A DNA stretch of 64,000 nucleotides. Source: a virus. The stretch covers positions 25,635 to 89,634 of the IMG/VR virus record IMGVR_UViG_3300022745_000023; one strand, written 5' to 3'. The translations under genes were made by a program, and so were the position numbers. Under the pieces are notes generated by a model, which saw only the letters and a program-made list of their open reading frames with translations, ran no database searches and was not told the DNA's origin. This document shows, one piece after another, positions 1 through 8,485 of the stretch. Position 1 is the first letter of the stretch. Each line of letters starts with the position of its first letter.

Positions 1-1
1 C

Positions 2-247
2 CACATTCGCTATACGGCGGGCCTCTCGAACGTGGCCGAGGATTGGCCCGATCTGGTGTCGCTGGTGAAGCGCATGGCGTCGATGAAGATTCTCAAGCAA
101 GCGTTTGTGCCGCAATCCGGCTCGATTTCGGCGGATGGCCTGTCGCAATCATCCAGCCTTGACCTCGAAAAAATGCAGGACGCCATCGACAAGGATCTGA
201 ATGATCTGCGCGATTCGATCCATGGCGTTCGCCTCGGGGTGTTTTGA
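2..247 (+). CDS. Head-tail connector/neck protein, 5'-truncated by the window edge
   Basis: Frame open from base 2 (HIRYTAGLSNVAEDWPDL...SISADGLSQS); Y-T-A-G and S-x-DG-x-S motifs typical of head-tail adaptors; precedes other neck genes. Confidence 0.6.
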   Translation, partial: HIRYTAGLSNVAEDWPDLVSLVKRMASMKILKQAFVPQSGSISADGLSQSSSLDLEKMQDAIDKDLNDLRDSIHGVRLGVF

Positions 248-876
248 TGCAGTTGTCCCCGGCCCGCTTTAACGCGCACCTCGCCAAAATGGGGCAGTCC
301 TTTTCGTGGCGTCGCGGTTACGCCTGCCCCTGCATCAATCCCTCGTCTGGCCAGCCCAAGGCGAATTGCCGCCAGTGCAAGGGCAAGGGGCGCCTGTGGG
401 GTGATGCGTCGGATGGCTGGGCCGGCGTTGTCAGCCAAAGCCGCCTGCGGAACTATGCCGCGTTCGGTATCTGGGACGCGGATGACATTCTCCTGTCGAT
501 CCCTTCCGATTCGCCGCTCTATGCCATGGGGCAATTCGACCGCATTGAAGCGATGAACCGCACGGAGCCGTTCTCGATTAATTTCGTGCGCGGCCTGAAT
601 GATTTGGTGCGCTTCGATGTGGTGTCGCTGAATCGCGCCTTCTATCTGGACGCGGGCGAGAACATCGTGGAATTGCCGCTGCCGACCATCAACCCCAACG
701 GCACGATCACTTGGGCGGCGGGCGGGCCGCCGGCACAAGCAACATTCTCCCTCACTGGTCGTCGCCATCCCTCCTATTACTGCTATATGGAGTTGCCGAC
801 CGACCGCCCGATCCATTCGGGGGCGCTGCTCCCGCGCAAGGTTGTCCTGCGCCGCTTCGATCTTTTCGGCAAATGA
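244..876 (+). CDS. Neck/head-closure protein with CPC...CxxCxGxG motif
   Basis: ACPCINP...CRQCKGKG motif as in large-myophage neck proteins; position upstream of sheath. Confidence 0.6.
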   Translation: MMQLSPARFNAHLAKMGQSFSWRRGYACPCINPSSGQPKANCRQCKGKGRLWGDASDGWAGVVSQSRLRNYAAFGIWDADDILLSIPSDSPLYAMGQFDRIEAMNRTEPFSINFVRGLNDLVRFDVVSLNRAFYLDAGENIVELPLPTINPNGTITWAAGGPPAQATFSLTGRRHPSYYCYMELPTDRPIHSGALLPRKVVLRRFDLFGK

Positions 877-1724
877 GCGACTACAAGCTATCTGTTGACC
901 TCGGCCCGCTGCTGGGTGCGAACTCCGCCATTGCGGAGGCGATTTTCCCGCTCGTCAGTCAGGCAGTTGAAGCTGTGGCCGAGGAAGGCGCGTTCCGCTG
1001 GAAGCAGGCCATCATGAAGGCGAAGCTATGGCAGGGCGAAAAGGCGCCCTATGTCGAGTCGATTTCATGGAAGATGGTCAACCCGTTTGAGGCGGAAATT
1101 TCCACCGACTACAAGCTGGCTGGTGAAATTGAGACGGGCCGCCCGGCCAAAGACCTCAAGAAGATGCTGCTCACCTCCAAGAAGGTGCGCGTCACAAAGA
1201 GCGGCACTCGCTACCTCATTATTCCGTTCCGCCACAACACGCCGGGGAATGATGCGCTTGCCCCGGCGATGCCGGATGGCGTCTATTCCGCTGCAAAGGC
1301 GCTCTCGCCGTCCTATGTCGTGGGGAGCGGGCTTCGGGTGTCTGGGCAGGCTAACCCGTCCCTGTTGGCGCGGTGGTCGAAGGTTGGAGCAAGCCGTGTG
1401 GCGCGCGGAGCTGGGCCGGCTGGGATGCTGGTCCATCAAGCCAAATATGCGTGGGGCGACCGCCTGCCCGCCGGGATGGCCCCGAAATTGAAGCCCCACC
1501 ACAAGACGGACCCCTACGCGGGGATGGTGCGCTTCGATACCTCTGCGGGCAAGGCCAAGTCCTCGTCATATCTCATATTTCGCGTCATGTCCGAGAAATC
1601 GTCTGGCTGGATCGTCGGCCCGCGCCCCGGCCTGTATCTGGCGAAAGAGGTTGCGGACAGCCTCCAAGGCGTTCTGGATGAAGCCGTGGGGCAGGCTGTC
1701 ACACTAAAGGCGCTTCGACTCTAA
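873..1724 (+). CDS. Neck/tail-completion protein
   Basis: ATG 873 overlaps previous stop (ATGA); YLIIPFRH and FRVMSEKSSGW motifs; structural module context. Confidence 0.55.
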   Translation: MSDYKLSVDLGPLLGANSAIAEAIFPLVSQAVEAVAEEGAFRWKQAIMKAKLWQGEKAPYVESISWKMVNPFEAEISTDYKLAGEIETGRPAKDLKKMLLTSKKVRVTKSGTRYLIIPFRHNTPGNDALAPAMPDGVYSAAKALSPSYVVGSGLRVSGQANPSLLARWSKVGASRVARGAGPAGMLVHQAKYAWGDRLPAGMAPKLKPHHKTDPYAGMVRFDTSAGKAKSSSYLIFRVMSEKSSGWIVGPRPGLYLAKEVADSLQGVLDEAVGQAVTLKALRL

Positions 1725-1726
1725 AG

Positions 1727-1742
1727 GTCGTGACAGAAGAAT
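1727..1742 (+). promoter_or_regulatory. Late promoter motif GTCGTGAC-N3-A-N3-T
   Basis: GTCGTGACagaAgaaT; predicted +1 at 1749-1750 coincides with ATG 1750. Confidence 0.7.
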
Positions 1743-1749
1743 GTGGACC

Positions 1750-2586
1750 ATGATTTTGATGGTCCAGCCTCTTGCTTCGGGCAACGCTCTGCGGGTGATT
1801 ATGGCCCCGCCGACCAGTGCGACGCGCATCCGTCTTTTGCGTAAGAGCGCATTGCCCTTTTCTGGGTTTGATGACTCGGACGCGGTTCTGATCGCGGATG
1901 GCATGGACAAGGCCGTCACGGATTACGCCGGCCTGCTTAATGGGGAAGCCGTCTGGTACGGCGCCTTCTATTTGATCGGGGGCGAATGGGTCGCCGCTAC
2001 CCCAAAGCAGGGGACGCCAAGCGCTACCTTCGTGGATATCGGCCCGAATGTGCTCTCCATTGTGCGGGACCGCCTTGAACTCGGCTTGAAGGTCTATGTG
2101 GATCGCGGCGTTCTGGTGCATGAGCGCGGCTTCATCCCAACGATGGTCGCCTCTCCGCAAGTCGAGGAAGCGCCGCTTCCGCTGGTGACGGTCCATCTTG
2201 CGAATGATGCGCCGGATATGCGCGCTGTTGGCGAGGTGGTCGGAAGCGATGTATTCGATCCGGTGTCGGGCAAGTGGCTGTCGTTCGAGGGCGGTATCAG
2301 CAAGACCGACCTGACGATTGTTGCTTGGAGCCTCAATTCGGATGAGCGCATCACTTTGCGCGAGTGCATTGGCGCCATCCTGCGCGCGAACTTCCCGGTA
2401 TTCGACTATGCCGGCCTTCTGCTGGTGTCGTGGAACTGCACCGATATGGAGGACTTCGAGCGATATCAGGTTCCGATGTATCAGGTGGTCTACCAATTTT
2501 CTTGCTACGCGCCATCGGCAATTTCAGCGCCAAGCGATGCAATCAGCGAAGTCACAGTAACCAACTTGGGGAATCAAAATGGCTAA
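1750..2586 (+). CDS. Tail terminator-like structural protein (likely leaderless start at 1750)
   Basis: ORF directly upstream of the sheath region; start chosen from late promoter geometry. Confidence 0.55.
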   Translation: MILMVQPLASGNALRVIMAPPTSATRIRLLRKSALPFSGFDDSDAVLIADGMDKAVTDYAGLLNGEAVWYGAFYLIGGEWVAATPKQGTPSATFVDIGPNVLSIVRDRLELGLKVYVDRGVLVHERGFIPTMVASPQVEEAPLPLVTVHLANDAPDMRAVGEVVGSDVFDPVSGKWLSFEGGISKTDLTIVAWSLNSDERITLRECIGAILRANFPVFDYAGLLLVSWNCTDMEDFERYQVPMYQVVYQFSCYAPSAISAPSDAISEVTVTNLGNQNG

Positions 2587-2839
2587 GGCACCTACCTCTC
2601 TTGACGATCAAACCGATGCTTCGGCTCTCGATGCTTCGGCTCCTGACGCACCGACTCCCGATGCGCCGGATGCGTTTCCCCTCGCCATCGACGAGTTCTG
2701 CGCTCGCCTGTCCGTCTCCGACCGGCGCGTTGAACTGATTGGCGCTTTTCATGCGGTCGAAAAGGCTGCCGGGCGCATCAAGGATCTCGAATCCGCTTTC
2801 GCTGAACGCTTCGCTGCGTTCGTCAATCAGCCCGCGTAA
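2579..2839 (+). CDS. Hypothetical protein preceding the sheath gene
   Basis: Overlapping start/stop, phage-like codon use. Confidence 0.6.
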   Translation: MAKAPTSLDDQTDASALDASAPDAPTPDAPDAFPLAIDEFCARLSVSDRRVELIGAFHAVEKAAGRIKDLESAFAERFAAFVNQPA

Positions 2840-2854
2840 TGGGAGGTTAAACCA

Positions 2855-4567
2855 ATGGCTGTTTTCTTCAACGGTCGGCTGTGGACCAGCCCGGCCACCA
2901 TGTCCAAGGTCGATGATTCGGCCATGTATAACGCCAATGCCAGCACTGGCAATGTGCTGGCCATCATTGGCAAGTCGTCGGGTGGCAAGCCCTTTTCTGC
3001 CTTGCACTTCGGATCGCCCGATGAAGCCAAGGCCGCTGGCATCGACGGCGAATCGCTCAAGGCAATTGCGCTGGCGTTCGATCCCTCGCCGCAGGTGCCC
3101 GGTCCCTCGGAAGTCGTGTTCATCCGTGTCAATCCGGCTGTGCAGGCAGCGCTTGCGCTCAAGGATGCTGCGAATGCGACGGTCATCAATCTGACCAGCA
3201 CGGACTACGGCCTGCGCACCAACCAAATCAAGGTCAAGATCGAAGCTGGTTCCACGACCGGAAAGAAGGTCACTACCGCGCTCGGCAACGACTACTATTC
3301 CGCCGACAATGTGGCGCGTAACGCCTTCTCGATCCAGTATTCGGGCGCAGCGACCACCGCCAACATCAGCGTGTCAAACTCCGCCGTCACGCTTGTTGCT
3401 GATGCGGCGACCACGGTCATCGACCTCAATGCTTTCCAGACCATCGGGCAGGTGGTGGACCGCATCAATGCGGTGGCTGGCTTCGCCGCCTCGGTTCTGG
3501 ATGGCAACTCGGAAAAGCCTGCCCTGAACGGCCTTGACTCGTTGCAGGCCGTGGACTGCAAGAGCGCCGCCGTCACGGTCACGGCAAACTTGCAAGCCAT
3601 CATCGACTGGCTGAACAGTGCGGGCGAGGGTTTTGTCACCGCTGCGCGCCCGGCCAATGTCGGCACGCTGCCGGTAAATGCCCCCTATACCTATCTGGCC
3701 GGTGGGTCTGATGGCACGGTGACCAACACCGAATGGCAGAGCGCGTTCGATGTGCTGCAAACGGTCGATGTGCAATGGCTCGTCCCCATTTCGGCCAGCC
3801 CTTCGATCTGGGCCATGGCTGACACTCATGCCAGCTACATGAGCAACATCGGGCGGATGGAGCGCCGGGTGATCGTTGGTGATGCGACCGGCGTGACCGA
3901 TGATGCAGCGATTGCGGCAGCGAAGCTGCTGAACAGCGACCGCACCTCGTACACGCATCTTGGCATCTACGACTACGACGCCAACGGCAAGCTGACGCTC
4001 TACCCGGCCTATCTGGCGGCGGCGGCGATTGCTGGCGGCTTTGCCGGTTCCAACCCCGGCACGCCGATGACCAACAAGGCGCTCAAGATCCGTGGCATCG
4101 AGCGCAACTTGCGCAACCCGACCGACACCGACCGGCTTATCAACGGCGGCGTTCTCTGCATCGAGAACACCGCCAAGGGCTTCAAGGTCGTGAAGTCGAT
4201 CACCACTTGGCTCGTCAACCAGAATTACAACCGCGTCGAGGTTTCGACCGGCGTTGCGACCGACTATGTGTCGCGTAGCGTCCGCGACAAGCTGGATGAT
4301 CTGCGCGGGGCCAAGGGCAGCCCGACGCTGCTGTCGGAAGCGGTCAGCCGCACCGATACGATCCTCAAGGAATTGGCCAAGAGCGAGGCGCAGGGCGGTA
4401 TGGGCGTGATTGTTGGTGATGCCACCAACCCGGCCTACAAGAACATCACCGCCACGCTTTCCGGTGATGTGGTGACTGTTTCGTTCGAGTGCAGTCCGGT
4501 GATCCCGGCTAACTATATCGCCGTCACCATCCACACCGTTCCCTATTCGGGGTCTGCCTCGGCCTGA
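2855..4567 (+). CDS. Contractile tail sheath protein
   Basis: 570 aa; YLAGGSDG and C-terminal FECSPVIPANYIAVT sheath signature; SD GGAGG. Confidence 0.92.
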   Translation: MAVFFNGRLWTSPATMSKVDDSAMYNANASTGNVLAIIGKSSGGKPFSALHFGSPDEAKAAGIDGESLKAIALAFDPSPQVPGPSEVVFIRVNPAVQAALALKDAANATVINLTSTDYGLRTNQIKVKIEAGSTTGKKVTTALGNDYYSADNVARNAFSIQYSGAATTANISVSNSAVTLVADAATTVIDLNAFQTIGQVVDRINAVAGFAASVLDGNSEKPALNGLDSLQAVDCKSAAVTVTANLQAIIDWLNSAGEGFVTAARPANVGTLPVNAPYTYLAGGSDGTVTNTEWQSAFDVLQTVDVQWLVPISASPSIWAMADTHASYMSNIGRMERRVIVGDATGVTDDAAIAAAKLLNSDRTSYTHLGIYDYDANGKLTLYPAYLAAAAIAGGFAGSNPGTPMTNKALKIRGIERNLRNPTDTDRLINGGVLCIENTAKGFKVVKSITTWLVNQNYNRVEVSTGVATDYVSRSVRDKLDDLRGAKGSPTLLSEAVSRTDTILKELAKSEAQGGMGVIVGDATNPAYKNITATLSGDVVTVSFECSPVIPANYIAVTIHTVPYSGSASA

Positions 4568-4588
4568 TTTCGCCGCTGGCCTGTAAGG

Positions 4589-4619
4589 AAGGGGGTCGCG
4601 CTTTGGTGCGGCCCCTTTT
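4589..4619 (+). terminator. Intrinsic terminator after sheath
   Basis: aagggggtcgcg...gtgcggcccctttt hairpin with T-tail. Confidence 0.7.
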
Positions 4620-4628
4620 CGTTTGCAA

Positions 4629-4644
4629 GTCGTGACTGCAATCT
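4629..4644 (+). promoter_or_regulatory. Late promoter motif
   Basis: GTCGTGACtgcAatcT upstream of tail tube. Confidence 0.7.
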
Positions 4645-4679
4645 TTGGGCATCGCATTTTCTCAAACCGCGAGGTTCAA

Positions 4680-5105
4680 ATGGCATCTACCAATCTCAAG
4701 ACGCGCAGCGGCAACCGCGTCGTGGTGTCGTTCGATGGCAAGCAGATTGGCCTTGTCCAGTCCGTTCGCATGAACGATGACTATGGCCCGGAACCGGCTT
4801 CCGGCATCGGGGACATTCATGTTCAGGAATACGTGCCGACCATGGCGCGGCATTCGCTTTCGGTGTCCAGCATGGTCCTCTTTGTCGGCGCAATGCGCGA
4901 GGCCGGGCTGACTGCTGAAAACGGCGATGCTGTCCTGCAAGGGCTTGTTTTCGACATTACCGTTTTCTCGAAGGATGACGGCTCACAACTTCGCAAGTAC
5001 GTCGGCTGCTCCTATGCGTCCGGCGATGTGGAAGTGAATAAGCACGCAATCATCATGGCGAACGGCCAGTTCAACGCGCTCGATGTGAGCGGCACCGGCC
5101 TGTAA
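4680..5105 (+). CDS. Tail tube protein
   Basis: 141 aa after sheath; IGLVQSVR..DDYGPEP..GIG..EYVP motif; SD GAGG. Confidence 0.85.
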   Translation: MASTNLKTRSGNRVVVSFDGKQIGLVQSVRMNDDYGPEPASGIGDIHVQEYVPTMARHSLSVSSMVLFVGAMREAGLTAENGDAVLQGLVFDITVFSKDDGSQLRKYVGCSYASGDVEVNKHAIIMANGQFNALDVSGTGL

Positions 5106-5112
5106 GGAGGGC

Positions 5113-5451
5113 GTGATGCTCGATAAGATCAAGGCCTACCTTTCGGCGCTGTTTGGCCTCCGGCGCGGCTGGCTGGCGGATTTCCGTCTTTGGATTCTCG
5201 CCGTTCCCGCCCTGTTCGTTCTGTCCATTGACACGCCGGTCATGGACACGCTGCTGTATTCGCTCACGGCGATGCTGGTGGTGGTGGCTTTGGCGCATGT
5301 GATGCGCCGGATTCTCTTTCACTACATCGACCTTGAAGTGGTGTTCGACAAGGCTACCGAATCGCCGCAAGGCGCTGGTTTGGTGTTCCTCGGCATCTGC
5401 TTGGTGATTTTGGCGTTTGTCCTTGGGACCGCGCTCTGGATCGCCAAATGA
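5113..5451 (+). CDS. Putative holin (3 TM)
   Basis: Three hydrophobic segments, immediately before the endolysin. Confidence 0.65.
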   Translation: MMLDKIKAYLSALFGLRRGWLADFRLWILAVPALFVLSIDTPVMDTLLYSLTAMLVVVALAHVMRRILFHYIDLEVVFDKATESPQGAGLVFLGICLVILAFVLGTALWIAK

Positions 5452-6056
5452 TTCCGGCGCTGGCCAAGGTTTACATTCCTCTCTTGGGGTCGGTCACGGC
5501 AGCGCTGTGGCCGACCATGCCTGACAGGCCGACGCTGGCGGCGCAGATTGAGCAAGAAACGTGCGCCTCGTTGACCAGCAAAAAGTGCTGGAACCCCAAG
5601 GCTGAACTCAAAACCTCGCGGGAATACGGCTTCGGCCTCGGCCAACTCACGGTAACGCCGCAATTCAACAATTTCAAGGCGGCGAAGGGCTGGGATCGCT
5701 CCCTTGCCGGTTGGGAGTGGTCTGATCGGTTCGACCCGGCGATGCAGCTTCGCGCGCTGGTGGCCTACGACCGCAATCTCTATTTGCAGGTGAAGTTTGC
5801 TGCGACGCCGGAGGATCGGCTGGCGTTCACCTTCTCTGCCTACAACGGCGGCCTAGGCGGTGTCTTGAAAGACCGGCGCATGTGCGCCGCAATCAAGGGC
5901 TGCAATCCGAATGTCTGGTTTGGGCATGTCGAGCGGCACTCGTTCCGCTCCAAGACTGCCGTCAAGGGATATGGCCAGTCCTTTTTCGATGTGAATCGTG
6001 GCTATGTCCGCAACATCATGGTCATCAGGGCCGTGAAGTATAGGGGGCTTCTGTGA
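5448..6056 (+). CDS. Endolysin, lytic transglycosylase (SLT) family
   Basis: QIEQET (catalytic Glu), GLGQL, AYNGG motifs. Confidence 0.85.
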   Translation: MIPALAKVYIPLLGSVTAALWPTMPDRPTLAAQIEQETCASLTSKKCWNPKAELKTSREYGFGLGQLTVTPQFNNFKAAKGWDRSLAGWEWSDRFDPAMQLRALVAYDRNLYLQVKFAATPEDRLAFTFSAYNGGLGGVLKDRRMCAAIKGCNPNVWFGHVERHSFRSKTAVKGYGQSFFDVNRGYVRNIMVIRAVKYRGLL

Positions 6057-6577
6057 CTGGTCCTTCGCACGGCGTATCTCGCAAGATTTCCGAGTTCATC
6101 AACTACCCCGATCATGCCGCGCGCACTACATCGGCGGAATTTTCGCGCAACCGGCGCCAATTGCTGGTCAAGCTGGATTTGCCCTGCTTCATCTGCCAGA
6201 GCCGCGACCATCGGGAAGTGCATCACCTGATCGAGTGGAGCCTGTTTCCGGCCATCGATACGGAAAAGATGCTCGACACGCTGCATCTTTTTGACCCCTA
6301 CGGCTTCACTCACCAAATGGGCGAGAAGCCCATTGAATCCCCCGACGACATTCGCAACCTGCTCGTTCTGTGCGGCCATTGTGAGGTGGATGGGACGCCG
6401 GTTCCCGGCGGCCATCATCGCGGGATCAATGCGGGCATCCATGAATTGACGTTCCCGATCTGGATCGCACAGCGATGCGCCAAGGATGGCATGTCGATCA
6501 CGAAGGCGATTTTGCATGTGCAGGATCTTGACGCTGTTCTGCGCGGCGGTCGGAAGCCTCAACCGAAAAAGGAGTGA
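6053..6577 (+). CDS. HNH-like Zn-binding protein
   Basis: CFIC...EVHH...NLLVLCGHC...HHRG..GIH. Confidence 0.55.
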   Translation: MTGPSHGVSRKISEFINYPDHAARTTSAEFSRNRRQLLVKLDLPCFICQSRDHREVHHLIEWSLFPAIDTEKMLDTLHLFDPYGFTHQMGEKPIESPDDIRNLLVLCGHCEVDGTPVPGGHHRGINAGIHELTFPIWIAQRCAKDGMSITKAILHVQDLDAVLRGGRKPQPKKE

Positions 6578-6581
6578 TTGA

Positions 6582-7175
6582 ATGTTCGGGAACCTTTTGC
6601 GTTTTGTTGGAGGCCAGTCATTTTTGTCTGGCTTTACGCTTTGGGTGGCGCTTGGCATTGCGATTTCGTCGTTCGGCGCGGGCTGGACTGTGCGCGGCTG
6701 GCGCGCGGATGCGAAAGAGGCCAAGGCTGAAACCAAGGCCGTCACGCAAACGCTGGTGCGCCAGCAAGCCGGGGACGCTGTCATCGCCAAGGCCGATGTG
6801 GAAAACCGGCAAATCGTTTATCGGTACGTCACGCGGTGGCGCACCATTGACGCCGCATCTGCTGCGGTGAAGGAGGAAGCACGCGATGCTGAAAATCAAG
6901 CTGCCGTTTCTGGTGCTCCCGTTGTCGGCCTGTCTCCTGAATGGGTGCGCCTCTACAACGCCGCCCTCCGCCCCGGTGGTGGTGAAAATCAGGGCGCCGG
7001 AGGAACTGTTGGCCCGGCCAGCGGAGCCGATCAGCCTGCCGCCGACGCGCCGACCGAATGGGACGTCCTCTCGAACCACATCGAAAACGCAAAACGCTGG
7101 TCAGAATGCCGCGCCCAACTCAACGCATTGATTGATGTAGAGAAAGGTGGCCAGACTGGCGTCGTGACTCCATAA
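6582..7175 (+). CDS. Inner-membrane spanin (Rz-like)
   Basis: N-terminal TM, GWTVRGWR, coiled coil, C-terminal Cys; contains nested lipoprotein ORF. Confidence 0.75.
   Translation: MFGNLLRFVGGQSFLSGFTLWVALGIAISSFGAGWTVRGWRADAKEAKAETKAVTQTLVRQQAGDAVIAKADVENRQIVYRYVTRWRTIDAASAAVKEEARDAENQAAVSGAPVVGLSPEWVRLYNAALRPGGGENQGAGGTVGPASGADQPAADAPTEWDVLSNHIENAKRWSECRAQLNALIDVEKGGQTGVVTP
6886..7131 (+). CDS. Outer-membrane spanin (Rz1-like lipoprotein), nested in +1 frame
   Basis: Signal peptide II with lipobox LNGC, Pro-rich mature part, SD GGAGG upstream. Confidence 0.75.
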   Translation: MLKIKLPFLVLPLSACLLNGCASTTPPSAPVVVKIRAPEELLARPAEPISLPPTRRPNGTSSRTTSKTQNAGQNAAPNSTH

Positions 7176-7217
7176 ACCGTGCTTGCGGGCATTTGGCTGA
7201 TGGGGGACTGTTGAGGG

Positions 7218-7673
7218 ATGGATCGCGTGGCTGAAATTAAGGAAGCGGTAGAAAGTGCGAAGGCTCAAGCGGCCTTGGAAGCGGCGATCAATTCGCTGAC
7301 TGGCGAGGTCAAACGCCTCACCATCACGGTTGACGAAAACAACCGGCGACTTGAGCGCGTTTCCGTTCTCGAAGCGAATCACGACACTCAAAGCAATGCG
7401 CTTGGCCGTGCCTTTGATGAGATTGAAGAACTTCGCAAAGACGTCGAAGGAGAAATCTCTGAAATCCGGCGCGAGGTGGGGGCTGCGAGGTCTGAAAACG
7501 CCACCGAACACAAGGGCTATGACCGCTACATTTGGGTCTGCATCGGATTCGCATCGGCCATCTCAATCATGTGGTCCATCCTCGGCTATCGCCTGAATCA
7601 GGCTCTTGACCAGCACCAGTCCACCATTGCGCGCATGGAGGCCTACATGGACGCGAATGTGGGGAAGAAGTAA
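7218..7673 (+). CDS. Coiled-coil membrane protein
   Basis: Coiled coil plus single C-terminal TM. Confidence 0.55.
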   Translation: MDRVAEIKEAVESAKAQAALEAAINSLTGEVKRLTITVDENNRRLERVSVLEANHDTQSNALGRAFDEIEELRKDVEGEISEIRREVGAARSENATEHKGYDRYIWVCIGFASAISIMWSILGYRLNQALDQHQSTIARMEAYMDANVGKK

Positions 7674-7894
7674 TGGATCGGCAATCTGATGATGTTGACG
7701 CCGCCGCTGATCTGGCGGCGCGTGAGCGGGAAACGATGATTGCCCGCGCTCGTAGCAAGATTGGCTCTTGCGAACTTACCCCATCTGGCGAATGCCATTG
7801 GTGCGGCGCCGATGTTTCCAAGCCCCGTCTGTTCTGCGATAGCAATTGCGCGAAATCGTGGCAGGAATTTGAGCGTCGGAAAAGCCGGCGCTAA
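7673..7894 (+). CDS. TraR/DksA-like C4 zinc-finger protein
   Basis: DDVDAA N-terminus, CHWC...FCDSNC. Confidence 0.65.
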   Translation: MDRQSDDVDAAADLAARERETMIARARSKIGSCELTPSGECHWCGADVSKPRLFCDSNCAKSWQEFERRKSRR

Positions 7895-7905
7895 AGGAGA
7901 AGAAA

Positions 7906-8259
7906 ATGCGGCAACTGCGTGAAACCGATTTTTTTGTGCCCCTGCCCGAAGTGGGCACTTTTCGTTTTGGCCGTCGCACGTTTGGCGACCGGCTGGCCAT
8001 CCGGGCTGAATACCTGCGTCTGGTCAAGGAGCATGGGGATGAAGACCCCGATCTGTCGCTCTTTGCCGGCATGATCGCAACGCATTCGGTCCTCTGTGTT
8101 GAGGCCCCGGATGGCTGGTCGGATCTGGCCGCTCTCGAACTCAACGAGGACACCGACGCCAAGGTGTTTGAACTGTACCGGGAGTTGAAGGATAAGGAGG
8201 ACTCCTTTCGCAAAGGAGTCACCAAAAGCGGCGAAGGTGAAGGGCCGGGAACTTCATGA
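7906..8259 (+). CDS. Tail assembly chaperone (G-like)
   Basis: Two ORFs before tape measure; ends near putative slippery site. Confidence 0.7.
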   Translation: MRQLRETDFFVPLPEVGTFRFGRRTFGDRLAIRAEYLRLVKEHGDEDPDLSLFAGMIATHSVLCVEAPDGWSDLAALELNEDTDAKVFELYRELKDKEDSFRKGVTKSGEGEGPGTS

Positions 8260-8485
8260 CACCTATGCCTTCTGGTTCCGCCGAAAATACAACTTGCCCC
8301 CGAATGATCCTCGCTTTCTCGAACTAACGCCGGAGGACGTTGAGGCGGAATATTGGGCGCATTACTACGCCGAAAATTCCGGCAAGGGCGAGGAATATGA
8401 AGATGATGACCTCGATGTTGCGGCAATCATGGAAAGCCTTGCCGCTGGTTCTGCTGATGATTGGGAGGAAGTAATCAATGGTTGA
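8207..8485 (+). CDS. Tail assembly chaperone extension (T-like), probably reached by +1 frameshift
   Basis: +1 frame open from 8189; FWFRRKYNLPPNDPRFL motif; GTG 8237 has no well-spaced SD. Confidence 0.6.
   Translation, partial: FAKESPKAAKVKGRELHDTYAFWFRRKYNLPPNDPRFLELTPEDVEAEYWAHYYAENSGKGEEYEDDDLDVAAIMESLAAGSADDWEEVING

Noticed and set aside
7161-7176. Eighth full late promoter
   Set aside because: GTCGTGAC and the A are present but the -7 T is missing; kept only as an imperfect copy
8161-8260. Canonical -1 slippery heptamer for the tail chaperone
   Set aside because: Downstream ORF is in the +1 frame and no XXXYYYZ site leads into it
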